Assembly: GCA_964602295.1 (NCBI GenBank)
Contig: CAZRQK010000009.1
Location: 435-64,434 of the forward strand
Source: an uncultured Ohtaekwangia sp.
GTDB taxonomy: Bacteria; Bacteroidota; Bacteroidia; Cytophagales; Cyclobacteriaceae
Reading direction: 5' to 3'
DNA length: 64,000 bases
Shown: positions 40,867-49,136 of the stretch, piece by piece
Position numbering within the stretch: the first letter of the stretch is position 1
Layout: each line of letters begins with the position of its first letter
The notes under the pieces: model-generated
Told to the model about the DNA's origin: nothing
Seen by the model: only the letters and a program-made list of their open reading frames with translations
Databases searched by the model: none
Program-made: the position numbers and the translations under genes

Positions 40867-41805
40867 TTGAGAAAAACCAAGGACTACATCCTTCTTTATC
40901 TGAAAGGTATTGGAATGGGTGGTGCCGATGTTATACCAGGCGTTTCCGGTGGAACCATCGCGTTTATTTCAGGAATCTACGATGAACTCATCGACTCACT
41001 CAAAGCTATTGATGTGGAGGCATTGCAACTGCTCGCCAAATTCCGCATAGCTGATTTCTGGAAAAAGATAAATGGAAGTTTCTTGCTGGTTGTGCTGGCA
41101 GGTGTGCTCACCAGCCTGCTTTCGCTGGCTAAGTTAATGACGTATTTGTTGGAGCATTATCCAATTCAAATCTGGTCATTCTTTTTCGGATTGATTCTGG
41201 TTTCGGCTCCATTGATTTTGCGCGATGTGAAGCAATGGAATGTTGCAACCGTGTTGGCTGGCTTGGCGGGCATAGCCATTGCTTACGCCATTACCATTCT
41301 TACACCCGCAGAAACACCTACGAATTTGCCCTTCATTTTCTTCTGTGGAGCTTTGGCCATCTGTGCAATGATTCTTCCCGGCATTTCAGGTGCATTTATT
41401 TTGTTGTTGTTAGGTAAGTACGAGTATATGATCACCGCGCTCACCTCGTTCAACCTGCCGGTTATTATTGTGTTTGCACTGGGCTGCGCGGGTGGCCTCA
41501 TCAGTTTTTCGCATTTCCTCAGTTGGCTGTTGCGCAGCTACCGCTATCCTGCCTTGGCGTTGCTGGCTGGCTTCATGATCGGCTCACTCAACAAAGTGTG
41601 GCCGTGGAAAGAAGTACTCACTTACCGACTTAACTCCGAAGGGGTGCAAGTGCCCGCTTTCGATAAAAGTGTATTGCCCGGTGCATTTATGGAAAAAACA
41701 GGTGCCGACCCCCAGGTATTTCATGCCATACTGTTTGCGGCATTGGGTATATTTTTAATAGTGGCCATCGAAAAGGCAGCCGCTTATCTCAAATCAAAAC
41801 ATTAA
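40867..41805 (+). CDS. DUF368 protein (PopT-type undecaprenyl phosphate translocase family)
   Basis: MGGADVIPGVSGGTIA and AMILPGISG duplicated motifs. Confidence 0.9.
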   Translation: MRKTKDYILLYLKGIGMGGADVIPGVSGGTIAFISGIYDELIDSLKAIDVEALQLLAKFRIADFWKKINGSFLLVVLAGVLTSLLSLAKLMTYLLEHYPIQIWSFFFGLILVSAPLILRDVKQWNVATVLAGLAGIAIAYAITILTPAETPTNLPFIFFCGALAICAMILPGISGAFILLLLGKYEYMITALTSFNLPVIIVFALGCAGGLISFSHFLSWLLRSYRYPALALLAGFMIGSLNKVWPWKEVLTYRLNSEGVQVPAFDKSVLPGAFMEKTGADPQVFHAILFAALGIFLIVAIEKAAAYLKSKH

Positions 41806-41810
41806 AAAAC

Positions 41811-42554
41811 ATGGAAAAGAAATTCGGCCTCATCGGCTCTACGGTTAGTCACTCGTTTTCGAAAGTATATTTCGATGAGAAATTCTTCCGCGAAGGCCTG
41901 CGCGATTACCACTATGATCTGTACGCGTTAGACACGATTGAGGGTTTAAAAAAGTTGCTCGAAGAAAATCCTGACTTGGTTGGACTGAACGTAACCATTC
42001 CATACAAAGAACAGGTTTTTAAGTTTTTGAATGAAGTAGACAGCGATGCCAAAAAGATTGGTGCGGTAAACGTGATTCAAATTAAAGATGGCAAGCTGAA
42101 AGGCTACAATACCGACCGCGATGCATTTATGGAAACTTTGCAGAAATGGTTTCCCAACGAACCTGGCTCTCGTGCGCTGGTGCTGGGCACTGGTGGTTCT
42201 TCCAAAGCAGTGCAGCAGGCCCTAACGAAGTTGAACATTCCGTTCGATACGGTTTCGCGCGAGGAGGGCAAAGGCACTTACACCTATGAAACGTTGAAAG
42301 CCAACGGTGATGTGTTGGCCAAAGCCAACCTGGTTATCAACACCACACCGCTCGGCATGTCGCCTAATAACAATGGTTATCCACCCATTGATTTTGAAGA
42401 ACTCACGCCTAAACATTATGTGTACGATTTGATCTACAACCCGGCCCGCACGCTGTTTTTGCAGAAAGCAGAAATGCGGAACGCACATATTAAGAATGGC
42501 CTGGAGATGTTGCACGTGCAGGCAGAGAAAGCCTGGGCTATCTGGAACAATTAA
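41811..42554 (+). CDS. aroE: Shikimate dehydrogenase
   Basis: HSFS, GLNVTIPYK, GAVN, GYNTD, GTGGSS, INTTPLGM, DLIYNP. Confidence 0.93.
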   Translation: MEKKFGLIGSTVSHSFSKVYFDEKFFREGLRDYHYDLYALDTIEGLKKLLEENPDLVGLNVTIPYKEQVFKFLNEVDSDAKKIGAVNVIQIKDGKLKGYNTDRDAFMETLQKWFPNEPGSRALVLGTGGSSKAVQQALTKLNIPFDTVSREEGKGTYTYETLKANGDVLAKANLVINTTPLGMSPNNNGYPPIDFEELTPKHYVYDLIYNPARTLFLQKAEMRNAHIKNGLEMLHVQAEKAWAIWNN

Positions 42555-42640
42555 CACACTATTATCGCTCTTTCGGGGGTTCAGGACTGTTGTCTTGAAC
42601 CTTCTTTTTTTAAGAGGCACTATTCTCCTAAATTACCACC

Positions 42641-44662
42641 ATGGATTTTCAACTGACAAGCGAGTTTGTACCCACGGGCGATCAACCCAAGGCCATCGAT
42701 CAACTGGTGCAAGGGCTGGATAACGGAGAACAGCACCAAACACTGTTGGGTGTTACGGGCTCGGGTAAAACCTTCACCATGGCCAACGTGATTGCACGTG
42801 TTAACCGGCCCGCCATCATTCTTTGTCACAACAAAACATTGGCTGCGCAACTCTATGGTGAGTTTAAATCTTTCTTTCCGAACAATGCAGTAGAATATTT
42901 TATCTCCTACTACGACTACTACCAACCCGAGGCCTTTATACCTTCATCCAACTTGTACATTGAAAAGGACTTGTCGATCAATGAAGAGATAGAGAAGCTG
43001 CGACTCAGTGCCACTTCCTCCTTGCTTACCGGTAGAAGAGATGTGGTGGTGGTGGCGTCAGTATCTTGCATTTATGGTATCGGCAACCCAGAGGAATTTG
43101 GTAAGAACCGCATTGTATTGAAAGTAGGCGAGCAGATTGCGCGCAACCGACTGCTGTTTGCGCTGGTAGATATCTTATATCATCGCACGGAAGCAGAATT
43201 TAAGCGCGGTACTTTTCGGGTGAAGGGAGATACGGTAGATGTGTTTCTCGCTTACGCGGATTACGCCATTCGTATCTATTTTTTTGGCGATGAGATTGAA
43301 ACCATTCAACGCATCGATCCCGTGAGTGGAAAAAAATTAAACGATGAAAAAGCCATTACCATCTTCCCGGCCAACCTGTTTGTAACAGGAAAAGACTTGT
43401 TGCACCTCGCCATCCGCGAGATACAAGACGACCTGGTGCTGCAGCAGCAGATGTTTGAAACAGAGAGGAGACATCTGGAAGCCAAGCGTTTGAAAGAGCG
43501 CACTGAGTTCGACATGGAGATGATGCGTGAGTTGGGTTATTGCAGCGGCATAGAAAACTATTCGCGTTACTTCGACAGGCGCAAGGCCGGTGCACGCCCC
43601 TTCTGCCTGTTGGATTATTTTCCAGACGATTACCTGATGATCATTGACGAGAGCCACGTTACCATACCACAAGTGCGCGCCATGTGGGGTGGCGACCGCT
43701 CGCGCAAAGTAAACCTGGTGGACTATGGCTTCCGGTTACCTTCCGCCCTCGACAACCGGCCGCTTACCTTCAATGAGTTTGAATCGCTGCTGGGCCAGGT
43801 GGTGTATGTAAGCGCCACACCGGGCGAATACGAATTACGTAAGTCGGAAGGCGTAGTGGTGGAGCAGCTCATCCGGCCCACCGGCCTGCTGGATCCTGAA
43901 ATTGACGTGCGGCCCAGCAAAAACCAGATTGACGACCTGCTGGAAGAAATTGACGAGCGCGTGAAAAAGAAAGAGCGCGTGCTGGTAACCACGTTGACCA
44001 AACGCATGGCCGAAGAGCTGACCAAGTTTCTCGAGCGCGCTGCGGTGAAGTGCCGTTACATACACTCTGAAGTGGATACGTTGGACCGCGTGGAAATTCT
44101 GCGCGAGTTGCGCTTAGGTGTGTTCGATGTGTTGGTGGGGGTGAACCTTTTACGCGAAGGACTTGACCTACCAGAAGTATCGCTGGTGGCCATTATGGAT
44201 GCCGACAAAGAGGGATTTCTGCGCAACCAACGCTCGCTGGTACAGACCATTGGCCGGGCCGCACGCAACGTGAATGGCCGCGTAATCATGTATGCCGATA
44301 CCATTACCGAATCGATGCAGTTGGCCATTGACGAGACCAACCGCAGGCGCAAAATTCAGATGGACTACAACAAGGCTAACAACATTACGCCTACCACCAT
44401 CATCCGTTCGAAAGAAGAAATCTTCCGCCAAACCAAAGTGGCCGACTCAAAGAAGTCTACGAAACGATACTACATTGAAGACGAAGAGAAATCGTTGGCG
44501 GCAGACCCCGTGGTGGCGTACTTAAGCAAAGACGAATTGACCAAGATGGCCGACCGCACCCGCAGGGCGATGGAAAAAGCCGCGAAGGAACTGGAGTTTA
44601 TGGAAGCCGCCCGCCTGCGCGATGAGCTGATGGCGATACAGAAGATGCTGGAAGGGAAGTAA
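42641..44662 (+). CDS. uvrB: Excinuclease ABC subunit B
   Basis: GVTGSGKTFT, YYDYYQPEA, DESH, NLLREGLD, QTIGRAARN, C-terminal UVR domain. Confidence 0.98.
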   Translation: MDFQLTSEFVPTGDQPKAIDQLVQGLDNGEQHQTLLGVTGSGKTFTMANVIARVNRPAIILCHNKTLAAQLYGEFKSFFPNNAVEYFISYYDYYQPEAFIPSSNLYIEKDLSINEEIEKLRLSATSSLLTGRRDVVVVASVSCIYGIGNPEEFGKNRIVLKVGEQIARNRLLFALVDILYHRTEAEFKRGTFRVKGDTVDVFLAYADYAIRIYFFGDEIETIQRIDPVSGKKLNDEKAITIFPANLFVTGKDLLHLAIREIQDDLVLQQQMFETERRHLEAKRLKERTEFDMEMMRELGYCSGIENYSRYFDRRKAGARPFCLLDYFPDDYLMIIDESHVTIPQVRAMWGGDRSRKVNLVDYGFRLPSALDNRPLTFNEFESLLGQVVYVSATPGEYELRKSEGVVVEQLIRPTGLLDPEIDVRPSKNQIDDLLEEIDERVKKKERVLVTTLTKRMAEELTKFLERAAVKCRYIHSEVDTLDRVEILRELRLGVFDVLVGVNLLREGLDLPEVSLVAIMDADKEGFLRNQRSLVQTIGRAARNVNGRVIMYADTITESMQLAIDETNRRRKIQMDYNKANNITPTTIIRSKEEIFRQTKVADSKKSTKRYYIEDEEKSLAADPVVAYLSKDELTKMADRTRRAMEKAAKELEFMEAARLRDELMAIQKMLEGK

Positions 44663-44673
44663 TGTAAGAATTT

Positions 44674-44720
44674 AGGCGTCTGACGGCTTGTTTGCTGAAG
44701 CATACAGCCGTCTGACACCT
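44674..44720. repeat. Palindromic hairpin AGGCGTCTGACGGCT...AGCCGTCTGACACCT
   Basis: 13 of 15 bp complementary arms; related copy at 46142-46190. Confidence 0.6.
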
Positions 44721-44788
44721 GTGCGCATCGGAGTGAGTTCATGCTCGTGGTTTAATTCAACCAGCTCGACTACCCCCTTCAAAAAACC

Positions 44789-44823
44789 TAACATAAATCA
44801 TACAAATCGTGTAACCTGGGTCA
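44789..44823. promoter_or_regulatory. Tandem Crp/Fnr-like sites (TAAC-N4-ATCA, TAAC-N4-GTCA) upstream of sqr
   Basis: 44789-44800 and 44812-44823, 23 bp apart. Confidence 0.4.
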
Positions 44824-44895
44824 CGGAGAAAAAGGAATGCCGTGGATAGCTTTATAGTGGATTTGGATAACAACCAACCCCTAAACAACACGGTT

Positions 44896-46110
44896 ATGAA
44901 GACCAGCAAAATAGTAGTGCTCGGCAGCAACTTCGGTGGAGCTACTGCCGCTTTGGAATTGAAACGCAAACTGGGCGAACGTGCCGAAGTAAGCGTTATT
45001 TCTCCGTCTGAAAACTTTACGTATGTGCCTTCATTGATCTGGGTGCCTTTTGGCAAGAGAAAACTTTCAGACATTTCCTTTCCCATCAAACCCATTATGG
45101 AGCAGAAGAAGGTGCATTTCATTCAAGATGCAGCCGTGAAGGTGAACCCCGCACGCAATGAAGTGGACACACAAAACCACGGCACCATTGCTTACGACTA
45201 CCTGGTAGTATCTACCGGCATGCAAATGAATTTCAATGTGGTGGAAAACCTGCATCCGGAAAAAGGTTATGTGGAGAACATTGTGATACCCAAATACAGC
45301 GAACGCGCCAGCCAGCGCTTTGAAGAGCTGGTAAAAAACCCAGGACCCGTGGTGGTAGGTGCCACGCAAGGAGCCAGCTGCATGGGCGCTGCTTACGAAT
45401 ACCTGTTTAACATGGACAAAGAGCTGCGCAGAAACAAGGTACGCGACAAGGTAACCCTCACCTGGTTTACGCCTGAACCCTTTCTCGGCCATTTCGGTAT
45501 TGGCGGCATCACCGGTGGACAAACCATGCTCGAAACTTTCATGAAGATGTATGGCATCAAGTGGTATACCAACGCTTCCATCGATAAGATTGAGAAAGAG
45601 AGCATTACTTTGAAGGACGGAACGGTGCTGCCTTACAAGATGGCCATGGTGATGCCTCCCTTCGAAGGTACGGCCGTGATGAAGAACTCTCCGGAGCTGG
45701 TGGATGAAAAAGGCTTTGTGGTGTGCAACGAAGGCTACCAACATATAACCTATAAAAATGTGTATTCCGTGGGTTTGGCTGTAGAAGTGCAGGCGCCATT
45801 CAAATGTAAGGTGCCCTTTGGTGTGCCCAAGACGGGTTACCCCACCGAAGTGTCTGCCAAGCTAGCTGTGGAAAACATTGTGAACGACATCAAGGGCAAG
45901 GGTGCCCTGAAGACGAAGCCGTGGGGTAAAATACCGGGCGTTTGCGTAATGGATGCCGGCCACAAAGAGGTGATCATTCTGAGCGATCACCTCTTCAAGC
46001 CGCGCAACTTTGCCATCATGATTCCCAACATCTTCAACCACTGGGGCAAGCTGCTCATCGAGAAATATTTCCTCTTCAAGTTCCGCCACGGTTACTCTAT
46101 GCTGCCTTAG
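44896..46110 (+). CDS. sqr: Sulfide:quinone oxidoreductase-like flavoprotein
   Basis: GSNFGG FAD motif, GASCMGAAYEY, TPEPFLGHFG, VPKTGY, CVMDAG. Confidence 0.82.
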   Translation: MKTSKIVVLGSNFGGATAALELKRKLGERAEVSVISPSENFTYVPSLIWVPFGKRKLSDISFPIKPIMEQKKVHFIQDAAVKVNPARNEVDTQNHGTIAYDYLVVSTGMQMNFNVVENLHPEKGYVENIVIPKYSERASQRFEELVKNPGPVVVGATQGASCMGAAYEYLFNMDKELRRNKVRDKVTLTWFTPEPFLGHFGIGGITGGQTMLETFMKMYGIKWYTNASIDKIEKESITLKDGTVLPYKMAMVMPPFEGTAVMKNSPELVDEKGFVVCNEGYQHITYKNVYSVGLAVEVQAPFKCKVPFGVPKTGYPTEVSAKLAVENIVNDIKGKGALKTKPWGKIPGVCVMDAGHKEVIILSDHLFKPRNFAIMIPNIFNHWGKLLIEKYFLFKFRHGYSMLP

Positions 46111-46141
46111 GTTAGCATGGTGGTGATTGGTAGCTGATAGG

Positions 46142-46190
46142 AAAGGCGCCTGACGGTTGATTGCGCAAGCAGCCCGCGTCAGGTGCCTTT
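46142..46190. repeat. Palindromic hairpin AAAGGCGCCTGACG...CGTCAGGTGCCTTT (possible terminator)
   Basis: 13 of 14 bp arms, followed by a T-rich tract. Confidence 0.6.
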
Positions 46191-46266
46191 GTTCTTTGCA
46201 CCGCAATCCTGCCAGCTTGCAAACCATCCCGTTAAGGAGTAACTTAATTCCTTAATCAATCTGCAC

Positions 46267-47517
46267 ATGACCCGTTTTGTCTGTTTTGCCTGCGTGGTAC
46301 TTTTATTGAGTGCCTGCCAGTCGTCTCCAAAAGAAGAAACCAACCTCGTTACCGATCAGGTGAAAGCCCGCATCGACTCGGCCCTGCAAGGGGTGGTCGA
46401 CTCGGGTGAAGTAGTGGGTGTTTCGGCTCTCATCTTCGAAAAGAACAAAGAGGTTTACTTCAACGCCTTTGGCTTTGCCGACCGGGAAGCAGGGCAGGCG
46501 TTCGACCGCAACACGCTGGTGCGCATCTATTCCATGACCAAGCCAATAACAGGCGTAGCCCTGATGCAACTCTATGAAAAAGGTGCCTTTCAACTGGATG
46601 ATCCTCTGCACCAATATGCGCCCGAGTTTGCCGACATGAAAGTTTTTAAAGGGCTGGATGCGGATGGTGAACCAATATTAGAACCAGCACAGCGCCCCAT
46701 CACCATTCGCGATCTTACTCGCCACACGGCAGGCTTCGCCCGCGAAGAACACCCGCAACTGGGTGCTAGGGTGAAAGCGGCCGATGTGATGAACAAAGAG
46801 AACACACTCGCGCAGATGGCCACAAAGCTGGCAGCCTTGCCGCTGGCCTTTCACCCGGGCGAGGAATGGTCGTACGGAGTGTGTGTAGACGTGCAGGCGT
46901 ATTTGGTGGAACGCCTTTCGGGGAAACCGTTTGATGTATACGTGCGCGAAAATATTCTGCAGCCGCTGGCCATGAAATCTACCGGGTACGTCCCTGTTGA
47001 CACCAGCCGGTTCGCAGCAGCCTATTATAAAGGTGATGATGGTACCCTGCAACGCGTGCCTGCTGAGATGGCCGATGTATTTAACAGTAGGGAGTGGCCG
47101 TTGAAGCCGGGAGGTTGGGGCCTGGTAGCGAGCATTGACGATTACCAGCGGTTTGCCCGAATGTTGGTGAACGAGGGTACGTTGGAAGGGGCCACTGTTC
47201 TGAAGCCGGAAACCATTCAGTTGATGGCCACCAACCACCTGGCCGACAGCGTAACCGAACGGATGTGGCTTCCCAGCAAAGGGCAGGTTGGTTTTGGAAT
47301 TGACTTTGCGGTGCGCATGCGCCCGCCTGCCGATGCACAGGAAAAGAATGGGGTAGTGGGCGAGTTCTTCTGGGATGGGGCAGCCAGCACGTTGTTTTGG
47401 GTGGATCCTGCCAATGAGTTAACCGCGGTTTTGTTTGTGCAGATATTTCCATTTAGTAACGCCTTGCACAAAACCTTTAGAGATGCGGTATATGGGCCTC
47501 CGGTGGTGAGTCGGTAG
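46267..47517 (+). CDS. Serine hydrolase (beta-lactamase-related / class C fold) lipoprotein
   Basis: LSAC lipobox, YSMTK (SxxK), LTRHTAG, PGEEWSYG, WDGAAST. Confidence 0.9.
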   Translation: MTRFVCFACVVLLLSACQSSPKEETNLVTDQVKARIDSALQGVVDSGEVVGVSALIFEKNKEVYFNAFGFADREAGQAFDRNTLVRIYSMTKPITGVALMQLYEKGAFQLDDPLHQYAPEFADMKVFKGLDADGEPILEPAQRPITIRDLTRHTAGFAREEHPQLGARVKAADVMNKENTLAQMATKLAALPLAFHPGEEWSYGVCVDVQAYLVERLSGKPFDVYVRENILQPLAMKSTGYVPVDTSRFAAAYYKGDDGTLQRVPAEMADVFNSREWPLKPGGWGLVASIDDYQRFARMLVNEGTLEGATVLKPETIQLMATNHLADSVTERMWLPSKGQVGFGIDFAVRMRPPADAQEKNGVVGEFFWDGAASTLFWVDPANELTAVLFVQIFPFSNALHKTFRDAVYGPPVVSR

Positions 47518-47562
47518 GTTTTGGCTATCAGATATCAGGTTGTTGCTTTCAGGTTATGGTGC

Positions 47563-47856
47563 TTGGGCGATGTGCGCGGTAGGTTTCCTGCCGGTCAGTG
47601 TTGCATGAGCGATGGGCACGGTAGTTTTCCTGTCGTTCCGTATTGCATATTCAGGGTGCACTGTATTTTAGCCACCGTTCAGCATCACATGAGCGATGTA
47701 CGCGGTATTTTTCCTGCCGGTCAGAATTACATGAGCGATGTGCGCGATGGTTTTCCTGTAGTTCAGTATGGCATAGTCAATCTGCACGGTATTTTTCTGA
47801 CCGTTCAGCATTGCGTGGGCGATGTGTACGGTATTTTTCTCACTGTTCGGAATGGC
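47563..47856. repeat. Degenerate tandem array of seven 42-bp units
   Basis: Units start at 47563, 47605, 47647, 47689, 47731, 47773 and 47815 with no indels. Consensus is about ATGAGCGATGTGCACGGTATTTTTCCTGCCGTTCAGTATTGC. Confidence 0.9.
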
Positions 47857-47905
47857 TTGCGCGTTGTGAGCGAAGTTTCCGGCCAGGAAGCCTCCCAACT
47901 GGTCT

Positions 47906-47942
47906 GCTGAGAGTAGCCTTGTTTGCGGAGCAGAGTCGAAGC
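47906..47942 (+). repeat. Degenerate two-unit copy of the GCTGAGCGGAGTCGAAGC REP-like repeat
   Basis: 19-bp period, ending GCGGAGCAGAGTCGAAGC. Confidence 0.7.
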
Positions 47943-48089
47943 AAAGCATTTTTTCATTCAACGCACGCAATAGCATCTCAACGATAGGCTTTGTTCACTT
48001 ATCGATAGTGTAAAATATTTTCAGTTTCATTTGAAACAAAGAGCAAACGTTATGAGTATATTAGAAGTATAACTTAAACATAAAAAGTT

Positions 48090-48803
48090 ATGAGCAATGC
48101 TAGAAACGTGGTGGCCTTTGAGAAGCTCATGGGCTACTGCACCGGGTACGCAGGAAAGTACAACCCCGGACAACAAAACCTGCAGGTGAATGCGTTGGCC
48201 ACCCTGTTGAACAACGCCCAACAGAAAATCCATGACGTCCGCATGGCATCCATTGCCTTGGTGCAGGCGAAAACTCATCGCATGGAGTTACACCAGGCCA
48301 TACGGCCGATGACCGCGCGCATCATGAGTGCGCTCACCGCCATGCAGCTCAGCGAAGCTACCCTGGCCGATGCACGCTCCTTCGTGCGCAAGATTCAGTC
48401 CAACCGGAAGGTTACGGATACGGAGACCGTGCCTCCAGGCGGTGACGCGATTGCACCCAAGCGTATGGCGCGTGGCGGAGACTACGTGTCGCGACTGGAC
48501 TACTTCACGTCCCTGGTTCGCTTTGTCGAGCAGGTGCCAGGCTATGTGCACAACGAGCCCGCGCTGTCGGTAAAAGGTTTGCGCCAGATGCTCACAAGTC
48601 TGCAAACGGCACAAGCCCAGGTGGCCAATTGCGAGGTTAACCTGGAGAAAGCCCGTCAGGCGCGCAATGCCACGCTGTACAGCGGTGCGAAAAGTCTCGT
48701 TGCCACGGCCATAGCGGTAAAGCGCTACGTGCAAAGTGTCTTCGGCTTTACCAGCGCTGAATTCCGCGCGGTGCGAGCCATACGTTTCATCAACTACGCG
48801 TGA
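48090..48803 (+). CDS. Uncharacterised all-helical protein with an internal two-fold repeat
   Basis: Halves share an F..L.......Y.....L....L pattern followed by long amphipathic helices. GC-rich codons, its own AT-rich leader and a terminator. Confidence 0.8.
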   Translation: MSNARNVVAFEKLMGYCTGYAGKYNPGQQNLQVNALATLLNNAQQKIHDVRMASIALVQAKTHRMELHQAIRPMTARIMSALTAMQLSEATLADARSFVRKIQSNRKVTDTETVPPGGDAIAPKRMARGGDYVSRLDYFTSLVRFVEQVPGYVHNEPALSVKGLRQMLTSLQTAQAQVANCEVNLEKARQARNATLYSGAKSLVATAIAVKRYVQSVFGFTSAEFRAVRAIRFINYA

Positions 48804-48824
48804 TCATGGAGCAACAACAAGTGT

Positions 48825-48856
48825 AAAAACCCCTGCCGAGATGGTAGGGGTTTTTT
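48825..48856 (+). terminator. Rho-independent terminator
   Basis: AAAAACCCCTGCC-GAGAT-GGTAGGGGTTTTTT. Confidence 0.85.
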
Positions 48857-48864
48857 GTTGTTAA

Positions 48865-49135
48865 CGTTATCGCGCCTGTCCCGCGAATGCGGGAAAGGCG
48901 TAGCGCAGCAAGCCTGTGGCGATCTGATCTAGCGTAAGAAGTTATAAGTTAGATTACTTCACCCTTCCCACCATCAACCATTCAGCTCGCAAAGACGTAA
49001 CCTTATCGTCATTGCGAGGAAGCACGCGTAGCGGGCTGACGAAGCAATCTGACGATACAAAACTCCGCATTGCTAATACAGATTGCTTCGCGCCTACTCC
49101 CATGCCAACCCTTCAGCTCGCAAAGACGTAACCTT
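48865..49135. repeat. Two tandem CGTC-type palindromic (REP doublet-like) elements
   Basis: CGTCATTGCGAG...GAAGCAATCT / AGATTGCTTC...CTCGCAAAGACG. Identical 24-mers at 48981-49004 and 49112-49135. Confidence 0.8.
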
Positions 49136-49136
49136 C

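Noticed and set aside
47563..47856. CRISPR or guide-RNA array
   Set aside because: No alternation of constant repeat and unique spacer; variation is spread across each unit; no cas genes in the window.
47521..47910. 129-aa plus-strand ORF as a real gene
   Set aside because: TTG start, and first and second codon positions vary more than third positions between units, which is the opposite of coding selection on this strand.
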